Shown: piece after piece, positions 15,001-30,000 of the stretch
Layout of the letters: each line of letters starts with the position of its first letter
How positions within the stretch are numbered: position 1 is the first letter of the stretch
Assembly (NCBI GenBank): GCA_964016885.1
Contig: OZ024744.1
Location: 103,354,001-103,418,000, forward strand
DNA length: 64,000 nt
Source: Eledone cirrhosa
Lineage: Eukaryota
Direction: 5' to 3'
Translations under genes and position numbers: made by a program
Notes under the pieces: model-generated
Told to the model about the DNA's origin: nothing
Seen by the model: only the letters and a program-made list of their open reading frames with translations
The model's database searches: none

Positions 15001-18000
15001 AAGAATGTAGTAGGTGTGTATATCAACAACACTAGGTAGGTTATCATGTTTATGACATAGAAGAATGTAGTAGGTGTGTATATCACCAACCCTAGGTAGG
15101 TTATCATGTTTATGACATAGAAGAATGTAGTAGGTGTGTAAATCACTAACACTAGGTAGGTTATCATGTTTATGACACAGAAGAATATAGTAGGTGTGTA
15201 TATCACCAACACTAGGTAGGTTATCATGTTTATGACACAGAAGAATGTAGTAGGTGGGTATATCACCAACACTAGGTAGGTTATCATGTTTATGACATAG
15301 AAGAATGTAGTAGGTGTGTATATCACCAACACTAGGTAGGTTATCATGTTTATGACATAGAAGAATGTAGTAGGTGTGTATACCACCAACACTAGGCAGG
15401 TTATCATGTTTATGACACAGAAGAATGTAGTAGGTGTGTATATCACCAACACTAGGTAGGTTATCATGTTTATGACATAGAAGAATATAGTAGGTGTGTA
15501 AATCACCAACACTGGGTAGGTTATCATGTTTATGACATAGAAGAATGTAGTAGGTGTGTATATCAACAACACTAGGTAGGTTATCATGTTTATGACATAG
15601 AAGAATGTAGTAGGTGTGTATATCACCAACCCTAGGTAGGTTATCATGTTTATGACATAGAAGAATGTAGTAGGTGTGTAAATCACTAACACTAGGTAGG
15701 TTATCATGTTTATGACACAGAAGAATATAGTAGGTGTGTATATCACCAACACTAGGTAGGTTATCATGTTTATGACACAGAAGAATGTAGTAGGTGTGTA
15801 TATCACCAACACTAGGTAGGTTATCATGTTTATGACATAGAAGAATGTAGTAGGTGTGTATATCACCAACACTAGGTAGGTTATCATGTTTATGACATAG
15901 AAGAATGTAGTAGGTGTGTATACCACCAACACTAGGTAGGTTATCATGTTTATGACATAGAAGAATATAGTAGGTGTGTATATCACCAACACTAGGTAGG
16001 TTATCATGTTTATGACACAGAAGAATGTAGTAGGTGTGTATATCACCAACACTAGGTAGGTTATCATGTTTATGACATAGAAGAATATAGTAGGTGTGTA
16101 TATCACCAACACTAGGTAGGTTATCATGTTTATGACATAGAAGAATGTAGTAGGTGTGTATATCACCAACACTAGGTAGGTTATCATGTTTATGACACAG
16201 AAGAATGTAGTAGGTGTGTATATCACCAACACTAGGTAGGTTATCATGTTTATGACATAGAAGAATGTAGTAGTTGTGTACATCACCAACACTAGGTAGG
16301 CTATCATGTTTATGACACAGAAGATTGTAGTAGTTGTGTACATCACCAACACTAGGTAGGCTATCATGTTTATGACACAGAAGATTGTAGTAGGTGTGTA
16401 TATCACCAACACTAGGTAGGTTATCATGTTTATGACACAGAAGATTGTAGTAGGTGTGTATATCACCAACACTAGGTAGGTTATCATGTTTATGACACAG
16501 AAGAATGTAGTAGGTGTGTATATCACCAACACTAGGTAGGTTATCATGTTTATGACACAGAAGAATGTAGTAGGTGTGTAAATCACTAACACTAGGTAGG
16601 TTATCATGTTTATGACATAGAAGAATGTAGTAGGTGTGTATATCACCAACACTAGGTAGGTTATCATGTTTATGACACAGAAGAATGTAGTAGGTGTGTA
16701 AATCACTAACACTAGGTAGGTTATCATGTTTATGACACAGAAGAATGTAGTAGGTGTGTGTATCACCAACACTAGGTAGGTTATCATGTTTATGACATAG
16801 AAGAATGTAGTAGGTGTGTAAATCACTAACACTAGGTAGGTTATCATGTTTATGACACAGAAGAATATAGTAGGTGTGTATATCACCAACACTAGGTAGG
16901 TTATCATGTTTATGACACAGAAGAATGTAGTAGGTGTGTATATCACCAACACTAGGTAGGTTATCATGTTTATGACATAGAAGAATGTAGTAGGTGTGTA
17001 TATCACCAACACTAGGTAGGTTATCATGTTTATGACACAGAAGAATGTAGTAGGTGTGTATATCACCAACACTAGGTAGGTTATCATGTTTATGACACAG
17101 AAGAATGTAGTAGGTGTGTATATCACCAACACTAGGTAGGTTATCATGTTTATGACATAGAAGAATATAGTAGGTGTGTAAATCACCAACACTGGGTAGG
17201 TTATCATGTTTATGACATAGAAGAATGTAGTAGGTGTGTATATCAACAACACTAGGTAGGTTATCATGTTTATGACATAGAAGAATGTAGTAGGTGTGTA
17301 TATCACCAACCCTAGGTAGGTTATCATGTTTATGACATAGAAGAATGTAGTAGGTGTGTATATCACCAACACTAGGTAGGTTATCATGTTTATGACATAG
17401 AAGAATGTAGTAGGTGTGTAAATCACCAACACTAGGTAGGTTATCATGTTTATGACATAGAAGAATGTAGTAGGTGTGTATATCACCAACACTAGGTAGG
17501 TTATCATGTTTATGACACAGAAGAATGTAGTAGGTGTGTATATCACCAACACTAGGTAGGTTATCATATTTATGACATAGAAGAATGTAGTAGGTGTGTA
17601 TATCACCAACACTAGGTAGGTTATCATGTTTATGACACAGAAGAATGTAGTAGGTGTGTATATCATCAACACTAGGTAGGTTATCATGTTTATGACACAG
17701 AAGAATATAGTAGGTGTGTATATCACCAACACTAGGTAGGTTATCATGTTTATGACACAGAAGAATGTAGTAGGTGTGTATATCACCAACACTAGGTAGG
17801 TTATCATGTTTATGACATAGAAGAATGTAGTAGGTGTGTATATCACCAACACTAGGTAGGTTATCATGTTTATGACACAGAAGAATGTAGTAGGTGTGTA
17901 AATCACTAACACTAGGTAGGTTATCATGTTTATGACACAGAAGAATGTAGTAGGTGTGTGTATCACCAACACTAGGTAGGTTATCATGTTTATGACATAG

Positions 18001-21000
18001 AAGAATGTAGTAGGTGTGTAAATCACTAACACTAGGTAGGTTATCATGTTTATGACACAGAAGAATATAGTAGGTGTGTATATCACCAACACTAGGTAGG
18101 TTATCATGTTTATGACACAGAAGAATGTAGTAGGTGTGTATATCACCAACACTAGGTAGGTTATCATGTTTATGACATAGAAGAATGTAGTAGGTGTGTA
18201 TATCACCAACACTAGGTAGGTTATCATGTTTATGACATAGAAGAATGTAGTAGGTGTGTATACCACCAACACTAGGTAGGTTATCATGTTTATGACATAC
18301 AAGAATATAGTAGGTGTGTATATCACCAACACTAGGTAGGTTATCATGTTTATGACACAGAAGAATGTAGTAGGTGTGTATATCACCAACACTAGGTAGG
18401 TTATCATGTTTATGACACAGAAGAATGTAGTAGGTGTGTATATCACCAACACTAGGTAGGTTATCATGTTTATGACACAGAAGAATGTAGTAGGTGTGTA
18501 TATCACCAACACTAGGTAGGTTATCATATTTATGACATAGAAGAATGTAGTAGGTGTGTATATCACCAACACTAGGTAGGTTATCATGTTTATGACACAG
18601 AAGAATGTAGTAGGTGTGTATATCATCAACACTAGGTAGGTTATCATGTTTATGACACAGAAGAATATAGTAGGTGTGTATATCACCAACACTAGGTAGG
18701 TTATCATGTTTATGACACAGAAGAATGTAGTAGGTGTGTATATCACCAACACTAGGTAGGTTATCATGTTTATGACACAGAAGAATGTAGTAGGTGTGTA
18801 TATCACCAACACTAGGTAGGTTATCATGTTTATGACATAGAAGAATATAGTAGGTGTGTAAATCACCAACACTGGGTAGGTTATCATGTTTATGACATAG
18901 AAGAATGTAGTAGGTGTGTATATCACCAACCCTAGGTAGGTTATCATGTTTATGACATAGAAGAATGTAGTAGGTGTGTATATCACCAACACTAGGTAGG
19001 TTATCATGTTTATGACATAGAAGAATGTAGTAGGTGTGTAAATCACCAACACTAGGTAGGTTATCATGTTTATGACATAGAAGAATGTAGTAGGTGTGTA
19101 TATCACCAACACTAGGTAGGTTATCATGTTTATGACACAGAAGAATGTAGTAGGTGTGTATATCACCAACACTAGGTAGGTTATCATATTTATGACATAG
19201 AAGAATGTAGTAGGTGTGTATATCACCAACACTAGGTAGGTTATCATGTTTATGACACAGAAGAATGTAGTAGGTGTGTATATCACCAACACTAGGTAGC
19301 TTATCATGTTTATGACATAGAAGAATGTAGTAGGTGTGTATATCACCAACACTAGGTAGGTTATCATGTTTATGACACAGAAGAATGTAGTAGGTGTGTA
19401 TATCACCAACACTAGGTAGGTTATCATGTTTATGACACAGAAGAATGTAGTAGGTGTGTATATCACCAACACTTGGTAGATTATCATGTTTATGACACAG
19501 AAGAATGTAGTAGGTGTGTATATCACTAACACTAGGTAGGTTATCATGTTTATGACATAGAAGAATGTAGTAGGTGTGTATATCACCAACACTAGGTAGC
19601 TTATCATGTTTATGACACAGAAGAATGTAGTAAGTGTGTATATCACTAACACTAAGTAGATTATCATGTTTATGACATAGAAGAATGTAGTAGGTGTGTA
19701 TATCACCAACACTGGGTAGGTTATCATGTTTATGACATAGAAGAATATAGTAGGTGTGTAAATCACCAACACTAGGTAGGTTGTCATGTTTATGACACAG
19801 AAGAATGTAGTAGGTGTGTATATCACCAACGCTAGGTAGGTTATCATGTTGATGACATAGAAGAATGTAGTAGGGGTGTATATCACCAACACTAGGTAGG
19901 TTATCATGTTTATGACATAGAAGAATGTAGTAGGTGTGTAAATCACCAACACTAGGTAGGTTATCATGTTTATGACACAGAAGAATGTAGTAGGTGTGTG
20001 TATCACCAACACTAGGTAGGTTATCATGTTTATGATACAGAAGAATGTAGTAGGTGTGTATATCACTAACACTAGGTAGGTTATCATGTTTATGACATAC
20101 AAGAATGTAGTAGGTGTGTATATCACCAACACTAGGTAGGTTATCATGTTTATGACATAGAAGAATGTAGTAGGTGTGTATATCACCAACACTAGGTAGG
20201 TTATCATGTTTATGACATAGAAGAATGTAGTAGGTGTGTATATCACCAACACTAGGTAGGTTATCATGTTTATGACACAGAAGAATGAAGTAGGTGTGTA
20301 TATCACCAACACTAGGTAGGTTATCATGTTTATGACACAGAAGAATGTAGTAGGTGTGTATATCACCAACACTAGGTAGGTTATCATGTTTATGACATAG
20401 AAGAATATAGTAGGTGTGTAAATCACCAACACTGGGTAGGTTATCATGTTTATGACATAGAAGAATGTAGTAGGTGTGTATATCACCAACCCTAGGTAGG
20501 TTATCATGTTTATGACATAGAAGAATGTAGTAGGTGTGTATATCACCAACACTAGGTAGGTTATCATGTTTATGACATAGAAGAATGTAGTAGGTGTGTA
20601 AATCACCAACACTAGGTAGGTTATCATGTTTATGACATAGAAGAATGTAGTAGGTGTGTATATCACCAACACTAGGTAGGTTATCATGTTTATGACACAG
20701 AAGAATGTAGTAGGTGTGTATATCACCAACACTAGGTAGGTTATCATGTTTATGACACAGAAGAATGTAGTAGGTGTGTATATCACCAACACTAGGTAGG
20801 TTATCATGTTTATGACATAGAAGAATGTAGTAGGTGTGTATATCACCAACACTAGGTAGGTTATCATGTTTATGACATAGAAGAATGTAGTAGGTGTGTA
20901 AATCACCAACACTAGGTAGGTTATCATGTTTATGACATAGAAGAATGTAGTAGGTGTGTATATCACCAACACTAGGTAGGCTATCATATTTATGACATAG

Positions 21001-24000
21001 AAGAATGTAGTAGGTGTGTATATCACCAACACTAGGTAGGTTATCATGTTTATGACACAGAAGAATGTAGTAGGTGTGTATATCACCAACACTAGGTAGC
21101 TTATCATGTTTATGACATAGAAGAATGTAGTAGGTGTGTATATCACCAACACTAGGTAGGTTATCATGTTTATGACACAGAAGAATGTAGTAGGTGTGTA
21201 TATCACCAACACTAGGTAGATTATCATGTTTATGACACAGAAGAATGTAGTAGGTGTGTATATCACTAACACTAGGTAGGTTATCATGTTTATGACATAG
21301 AAGAATGTAGTAGGTGTGTATATCACCAACACTAGGTAGCTTATCATGTTTATGACACAGAAGAATGTAGTAGGTGTGTATATCACTAACACTAAGTAGA
21401 TTATCATGTTTATGACATAGAAGAATGTAGTAGGTGTGTATATCACCAACACTGGGTAGGTTATCATGTTTATGACATAGAAGAATATAGTAGGTGTGTA
21501 AATCACCAACACTAGGTAGGTTATCATGTTTATGACACAGAAGAATGTAGTAGGTGTGTATATCACCAACGCTAGGTAGTTTATCATGTTGATGACATAG
21601 AAGAATGTAGTAGGGGTGTATATCACCAACACTAGATAGGTTATCATGTTTATGACATAGAAGAATGTAGTAGGTGTGTAAATCACCAACACTAGGTAGG
21701 TTATCATGTTTATGACACAGAAGAATGTAGTAGGTGTGTGTATCACCAACACTAGGTAGGTTATCATGTTTATGATACAGAAGAATGTAGTAGGTGTGTA
21801 TATCACTAACACTAGGTAGGTTATCATGTTTATGACATACAAGAATGTAGTAGGTGTGTATATCACCAACACTAGGTAGGTTATCATGTTTATGACATAG
21901 AAGAATATAGTAGGTGTGTATATCACCAACACTAGGTAGGTTATCATGTTTATGACATAGAAGAATCTAGTAGGTGTGTAAATCACTAACACTAGGTAGG
22001 TTATCATGTTTATGACATAGAAGAATGTAGTAGGTGTGTATATCACCAACACTAGGTAGGTTATCATGTTTATGACATAGAAGAATGTAGTAGGTGTGTA
22101 TACCACCAACACTAGGTAGGTTATCATGTTTATGACATAGAAGAATATAGTAGGTGTGTATATCACCAACACTAGGTAGGTTATCATGTTTATGACACAG
22201 AAGAATGTAGTAGGTGTGTATATCACCAACACTAGGTAGGTTATCATGTTTATGACACAGAAGAATGTAGTAGGTGTGTATATCACCAACACTAGGTAGG
22301 TTATCATGTTTATGACATAGAAGAATGTAGTAGCTGTGTATATCACCAACACTAGGTAGGTTATCATGTTTATGACACAGAAGGATGTAGTAGGTGTGTA
22401 TATCACCAACACTAGGTAGGTTATCATGTTTATGACACAGAAGAATGTAGTAGGTGTGTATATCACCAACAATAGGTAGGTTATCATGTTTATGACATAG
22501 AAGAATATAGTAGGTGTGTAAATCACCAACACTGTGTAGGTTATCATGTTTATGACATAGAAGAATGTAGTAGGTGTGTATATCACCAACACTAGGTAGG
22601 TTATCATGTTTATGACATAGAAGAATGTAGTAGGTGTGTATATCACCAACCCTAGGTAGGTTATCATGTTTATGACATAGAAGAATGTAGTAGGTGTATA
22701 TATCACCAACACTAGGTAGGTTATCATGTTTATGACATAGAAGAATGTAGTAGGTGTGTATATCACCAACACTAGGTAGGTTATCATGTTTATGACATAG
22801 AAGAATGTAGTAGGTGTGTATATCACCAGCACTAGGTAGGTTATCATGTTTATGACATAGAAGAATGTAGTAGGTGTGTATATCACCAACACTAGGTAGG
22901 TTATCATGTTTATGACATAGAAGAATGTAGTAGGTGTGTATACCACCAACACTAGGTAGGTTATCATGTTTATGACATAGAAGAATATAGTAGGTGTGTA
23001 TATCACCAACACTAGGTAGGTTATCATGTTTATGACACAGAAGAATGTAGTAGGTGTGTATATCACCAACACTAGGTAGGTTATCATGTTTATGACACAG
23101 AAGAATGTAGTAGGTGTGTATATCACCAACACTAGGTAGGTTAACATGTTTATGACATAGAAGAATATAGTAGGTGTGTATATCACCAACACTAGGTAGG
23201 TTATCATGTTTATGACATAGAAGAATGTAGTAGGTGTGTATATCACCAACACTAGGTGGGTTATCATGTTTATGACACAGAAGAATGTAGTAGGTGTGTA
23301 TATCACCAACACTAGGTAGGTTATCATGTTTATGACATAGAAGAATATAGTAGGTGTGTATATCACCAACACTAGGTAGGTTATCATGTTTATGACATTG
23401 AAGAATGTAGTAGGTGTGTATATCACCAAGACTAGGTAGGTTATCATGTTTATGACACAGAAGAATGTAGTAGGTGTGTATATCACCAACACTAGGTAGG
23501 TTATCATGTTTATGACATAGAAGAATATAGTAGGTGTGTATATCACCAACACTAGGTAGGTTCTCATGTTTATGACATAGAAGAATGTAGTAGGTGTGTA
23601 TATCACTAACACTAAGTAGATTATCATGTTTATGACATAGAAGAATGTAGTAGGTGTGTATATCACTAACACTAGGTAGGTTATCATGTTTATGACATAC
23701 AAGAATGTAGTAGGTGTGTATATCACCAACACTAGGTAGGTTATCATGTTTATGACACAGAAGAATGTAGTAGGTGTGTATATCACCAACACTAGGTAGG
23801 TTATCATGTTTATGACATAGAAGAATATAGTAGGTGTGTAAATCACCAACACTGTGTAGGTTATCATGTTTATGACATAGAAGAATGTAGTAGGTGTGTA
23901 TATCACCAACACTAGGTAGGTTATCATGTTTATGACATAGAAGAATGTAGTAGGTGTGTATATCACCAACCCTAGGTAGGTTATCATGTTTATGACATAG

Positions 24001-27000
24001 AAGAATGTAGTAGGTGTGTATATCACCATCACTAGGTAGGTTATCCTGTTTATGACATAGAAGAATGTAGTAGGTGTGTAAATCACCAACACTAGGTAGG
24101 TTATCATATTTATGACATAGAAGAATGTAGTAGGTGTGTATATCACCAACACTAGGTAGGTTATCATGTTTATGACATAGAAGAATGTAGTAGGTGTGTA
24201 TATCACCAACACTAGGTAGGTTATCATGTTTATGACATAGAAGAATGTAGTAGGTGTGTATATCACCAGCACTAGGTAGGTTATCATGTTTATGACATAG
24301 AAGAATGTAGTAGATGTGTATATCACCAACACTAGGTAGGTTATCATGTTTATGACATAGAATAATGTAGTAGGTGTGTATACCACCAACACTAGGTAGG
24401 TTATCATGTTTATGACATAGAAGAATATAGTAGGTGTGTATATCACCAACACTAGGTAGGTTATCATGTTTATGACACAGAAGAATGTAGTAGGTGTGTA
24501 TATCACCAACACTAGGTAGGTTATCATGTTTATGACACAGAAGAATGTAGTAGGTGTGTATATCACCAACACTAGGTAGGTTATCATGTTTATGACATAG
24601 AAGAATATAGTAGGTGTGTATATCACCAACACTAGGTAGGTTATCATGTTTATGACATAGAAGAATGTAGTAGGTGTGTATATCACCAACACTAGGTAGG
24701 TTATCATGTTTATGACACAGAAGAATGTAGTAGGTGTGTATATCACCAACACTAGGTAGGTTATCATGTTTATGACATAGAAGAATATAGTAGGTGTGTA
24801 TATCACCAACACTAGGTAGGTTATCATGTTTATGACATAGAAGAATGTAGTAGGTGTGTATATCACCAACACTAGGTAGGTTATCAATTTTATGACACAG
24901 AAGAATGTAGTAGGTGTGTATATCACCAACACTAGGTAGGTTATCATGTTTATGACATAGAAGAATATAGTAGGTGTGTATATCACCAACACTAGGTAGG
25001 TTCTCATGTTTATGACATAGAAGAATGTAGTAGGTGTGTATATCACCAACACTAGGTAGGTTATCATGTTTATGACACAGAAGAATGTAGTAGGTGTGTA
25101 TATCACCAACACTAGGTAGGTTATCATGTTCATGACATAGAAGAATGTAATAGGTGTGTAAATCACCAACACTAGGTAGGTTATCATGTTTATGACACAG
25201 AAGAATGTAGTAGGTGTGTGTATCACCAACACTAGGTAGGTTATCATGTTTATGATACAGAAGAATGTAGTAGGTGTGTATATCACTAGCACTAGGTAGG
25301 TTATCATGTTTATGACATACAAGAATGTAGTAGGTGTGTATATCACCAACACTAGGTAGGTTATCATGTTTATGACATAGAAGAATATAGTAGGTGTGTA
25401 TATCACCAACACTAGGTAGGTTATCATGTTTATGACATTGAAGAATGTAGTAGGTGTGTAAATCACTAACACTAGGTAGGTTATCATGTTTATGACATAG
25501 AAGAATGTAGTAGGTGTGTATATCACCAACACTAGGTAGGTTATCATGTTTATGACATAGAAGAATGTAGTAGGTGTGTATACCACCAACACTAGGTAGG
25601 TTATCATGTTTATGACATAGAAGAATATAGTAGGTGTGTATATCACCAACACTAGGTAGGTTATCATGTTTATGACACAGAAGAATGTAGTAGGTGTGTA
25701 TATCACCAACACTAGGTAGGTTATCATGTTTATGACACAGAAGAATGTAGTAGGTGTGTATATCACCAACACTAGGTAGGTTATCATGTTTATGACATAG
25801 AAGAATATAGTAGGTGTGTATATCACCAACACTAGGTAGGTTATCATGTTTATGACACAGAAGAATGTAGTAGGTGTGTATATCACCAACACTAGGTAGG
25901 TTATCATGTTTATGACACAGAAGAATGTAGTAGGTGTGTATATCACAAACACTAGGTAGGTTATCATGTTTATGACATAGAAGAATGTAGTAGGTGTGTA
26001 TATCACCAACACTAGGTAGGTTATCATGTTTATGACACAGAAGAATGTAGTAGGTGTGTATATCACCAACACTAGGTAGGTTATCATGTTTATGACACAG
26101 AAGAATGTAGTAGGTGTGTATATCACCAACACTAGGTAGGTTATCATGTTTATGACATAGAAGAATATAGTAGGTGTGTATATCACCAACACTAGGTAGG
26201 TTATCATGTTTATGACACAGAAGAATGTAGTAGGTGTGTATATCACCAACACTAGGTAGGTTATCATGTTCATGACATAGAAGAATGTAATAGGTGTGTA
26301 AATCACCAACACTAGGTAGGTTATCATGTTTATGACACAGAAGAATGTAGTAGGTGTGTGTATCACCAACACTAGGTAGGTTATCATGTTTATGATACAG
26401 AAGAATGTAGTAGGTGTGTATATCACTAGCACTAGGTAGGTTATCATGTTTATGACATACAAGAATGTAGTAGGTGTGTATATCACCAACACTAGGTAGG
26501 TTATCATGTTTATGACATAGAAGAATATAGTAGGTGTGTATATCACCAACACTAGGTAGGTTATCATGTTTATGACATAGAAGAATGTAGTAGGTGTGTA
26601 AATCACTAACACTAGGTAGGTTATCATGTTTATGACATAGAAGAATGTAGTAGGTGTGTATATCACCAACACTAGGTAGGTTATCATGTTTATGACATAG
26701 AAGAATGTAGTAGGTGTGTATACCACCAACACTAGGTAGGTTATCATGTTTATGACATAGAAGAATATAGTAGGTGTGTATATCACCAACACTAGGTAGG
26801 TTATCATGTTTATGACACAGAAGAATGTAGTAGGTGTGTATATCACCAACACTAGGTAGGTTATCATGTTTATGACACAGAAGAACGTAGTAGGTGTGTA
26901 TATCACCAACACTAGGTAGGTTATCATGTTTATGACATAGAAGAATATAGTAGGTGTGTATATCACCAACACTAGGTAGGTTATCATGTTTATGACACAG

Positions 27001-30000
27001 AAGAATGTAGTAGGTGTGTATATCACCAACACTAGGTAGGTTATCATGTTTATGACACAGAAGAATGTAGTAGGTGTGTGTATCACCAACACTAGGTAGG
27101 TTATCATGTTTATGACACAGAAGAATGTAGTAGGTGTGTATATCACAAACACTAGGTAGGTTATCATGTTTAGGACATAGAAGAATGTAGTAGGTGTGTA
27201 TATCACCAACACTAGGTAGGTTATCATGTTTATGACACAGAAGAATGTAGTAGGTGTGTTTATCACCAACACTAGGTAGGTTATCATGTTTATGACACAG
27301 AAGAATGTAGTAGGTGTGTATATCACCAACACTAGGTAGGTTATCATGTTTATGACATAGAAGAATATAGTAGGTGTGTAAATCACCAACACTGTGTAGG
27401 TTATCATGTTTATGACATAGAAGAATGTAGTAGGTGTGTATATCACCAACACTAGGTAGGTTATCATGTTTATGACATAGAAGAATGTAGTAGGTGTGTA
27501 TATCACCAACCCTAGGTAGGTTATCATGTTTATGACATAGAAGAATGTAGTAGGTGTGTATATCACCAACACTAGGTAGGTTATCATGTTTATGACATAG
27601 AAGAATGTAGTAGGTGTGTAAATCACCAACACTAGGTAGGTTATCATATTTATGACATAGAAGAATGTAGTAGGTGTGTATATCACCAACACTAGGTAGG
27701 TTATCATGTTTATGACATAGAAGAATGTAGTCGGTGTGTATATCACCAACACTAGGTAGGTTATCATGTTTATGACATAGAAGAATGTAGTAGGTGTGTA
27801 TATCACCAGCACTAGGTAGGTTATCATGTTTATGACATAGAAGAATGTAGTAGGTGTGTATATCACCAACACTAGGTAGGTTATCATGTTTATGACATAG
27901 AAGCATGTAGTAGGTGTGTATACCACCAACACTAGGTAGGTTATCATGTTTATGACATAGAAGAATATAGTAGGTGTGTATATCACCAACACTAGGTAGG
28001 TTATCATGTTTATGACACAGACGAATGTAGTAGGTGTGTATATCACCAACACTAGGTAGGTTATCATATTTATGACACAGAAGAATGTAGTAGGTGTGTA
28101 TATCACCAACACTAGGTAGGTTATAATGTTTATGACATAGAAGAATATAGTAGGTGTGTATATCACCAACACTAGGTAGGTTATCATGTTTATGACACAG
28201 AAGAATGTAGTAGGTGTGTATATCACCAACACTAGGTAGGTTATCATGTTTATGACACAGAAGAACGTAGTAGGTGTGTATATCACCAACACTAGGTAGG
28301 TTATCATGTTTATGACATAGAAGAATATAGTAGGTGTGTATATCACCAACACTAGGTAGGTTATCATGGTTATGACACAGAAGAATGTAGTAGGTGTGTA
28401 TATCACCAACACTAGGTAGGTTATCATGTTTATGACACAGAAGAATGTAGTAGGTGTGTATATCACAAACACTAGGTAGGTTATCATGTTTATGACATAG
28501 AAGAATGTAGTAGGTGTGTATATCACCAACACTAGGTAGGTTATCATGTTTATGACACAGAAGAATGTAGTAGGTGTGTATATCACCAACACTAGGTAGG
28601 TTATCATGTTTATGACATAGAAGAATGTAGTAGGTGTGTATATCACCAACCCTAGGTAGGTTATCATGTTTATGACATAGAAGAATGTAGTAGGTGTGTA
28701 TATCACCAACACTAGGTAGGTTATCATGTTTATGACATAGAAGAATGTAGTAGGTGTGTAAATCACCAACACTAGGTAGGTTATCATATTTATGACATAG
28801 AAGAATGTAGTAGGTGTGTATATCACCAACACTAGGTAGGTTATCATGTTTATGACATAGAAGAATGTAGTCGGTGTGTATATCACCAACACTAGGTAGG
28901 TTATCATGTTTATGACATAGAAGAATGTAGTAGGTGTGTATATCACCAGCACTAGGTAGGTTATCATGTTTATGACATAGAAGAATGTAGTAGGTGTGTA
29001 TATCACCAACACTAGGTAGGTTATCATGTTTATGACATAGAAGCATGTAGTAGGTGTGTATACCACCAACACTAGGTAGGTTATCATGTTTATGACATAG
29101 AAGAATATAGTAGGTGTGTATATCACCAACACTAGGTAGGTTATCATGTTTATGACACAGAAGAATGTAGTAGGTGTGTATATCACCAACACTAGGTAGG
29201 TTATCATGTTTATGACACAGAAGAATGTAGTAGGTGTGTATATCACCAACACTAGGTAGGTTATAATGTTTATGACATAGAAGAATATAGTAGGTGTGTA
29301 TATCACCAACACTAGGTAGGTTATCATGTTTATGACATAGAAGAATGTAGTAGGTGTGTATATCACCAACACTAGGTAGGTTATCATGTTTACGACACAG
29401 AAGAATGTAGTAGGTGTGTATATCACCAACACTAGGTAGGTTATCATGTTCATGACATAGAAGAATATAATAGGTGTGTAAATCACCAACACTAGGTAGG
29501 TTATCATGTTTATGACACAGAAGAATGTAGTAGGTGTGTACATCACCAACGCTAGGTAGGTTATCATGTTGATGACATAGCAGAATGTAGTAGGTGTGTA
29601 TATCACCAACACTAGGTAGGTTATCATGTTTATGACATAGAAGAATGTAGTAGGTGTGTATATCACCAACAATAGGTAGGTTATCATGTTTATGACATAG
29701 AAGAATGTAGTAGGGGTGTATATCACCAACACTAGGTAGGTTATCATGTTTATGACATAGAAGAATGTAGTAGGTGTGTATATCACCAACACTAGGTATG
29801 TTATCATGTTTATGACACAGAAGAATATAGTAGGTGTGTATATCACCAACACTAGGTAGGTTATCATCTTTATGACACAGTAGAATGTAGTAGGTGTGTA
29901 TATCACCAACACTAGGTAGTTTATCATGTTTATGACACAGAAGAATGTAGTAGGTGTGTATATCACCAACACTAGGTAGGTTATCATGTTTATGACATAG

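Noticed and set aside
21967-29046. 2359-aa ORF as a discrete CDS
   Set aside because: Both its ATG and its stop are sporadic monomer variants inside the array, and the frame extends far upstream. Kept only as part of the coding-satellite hypothesis.
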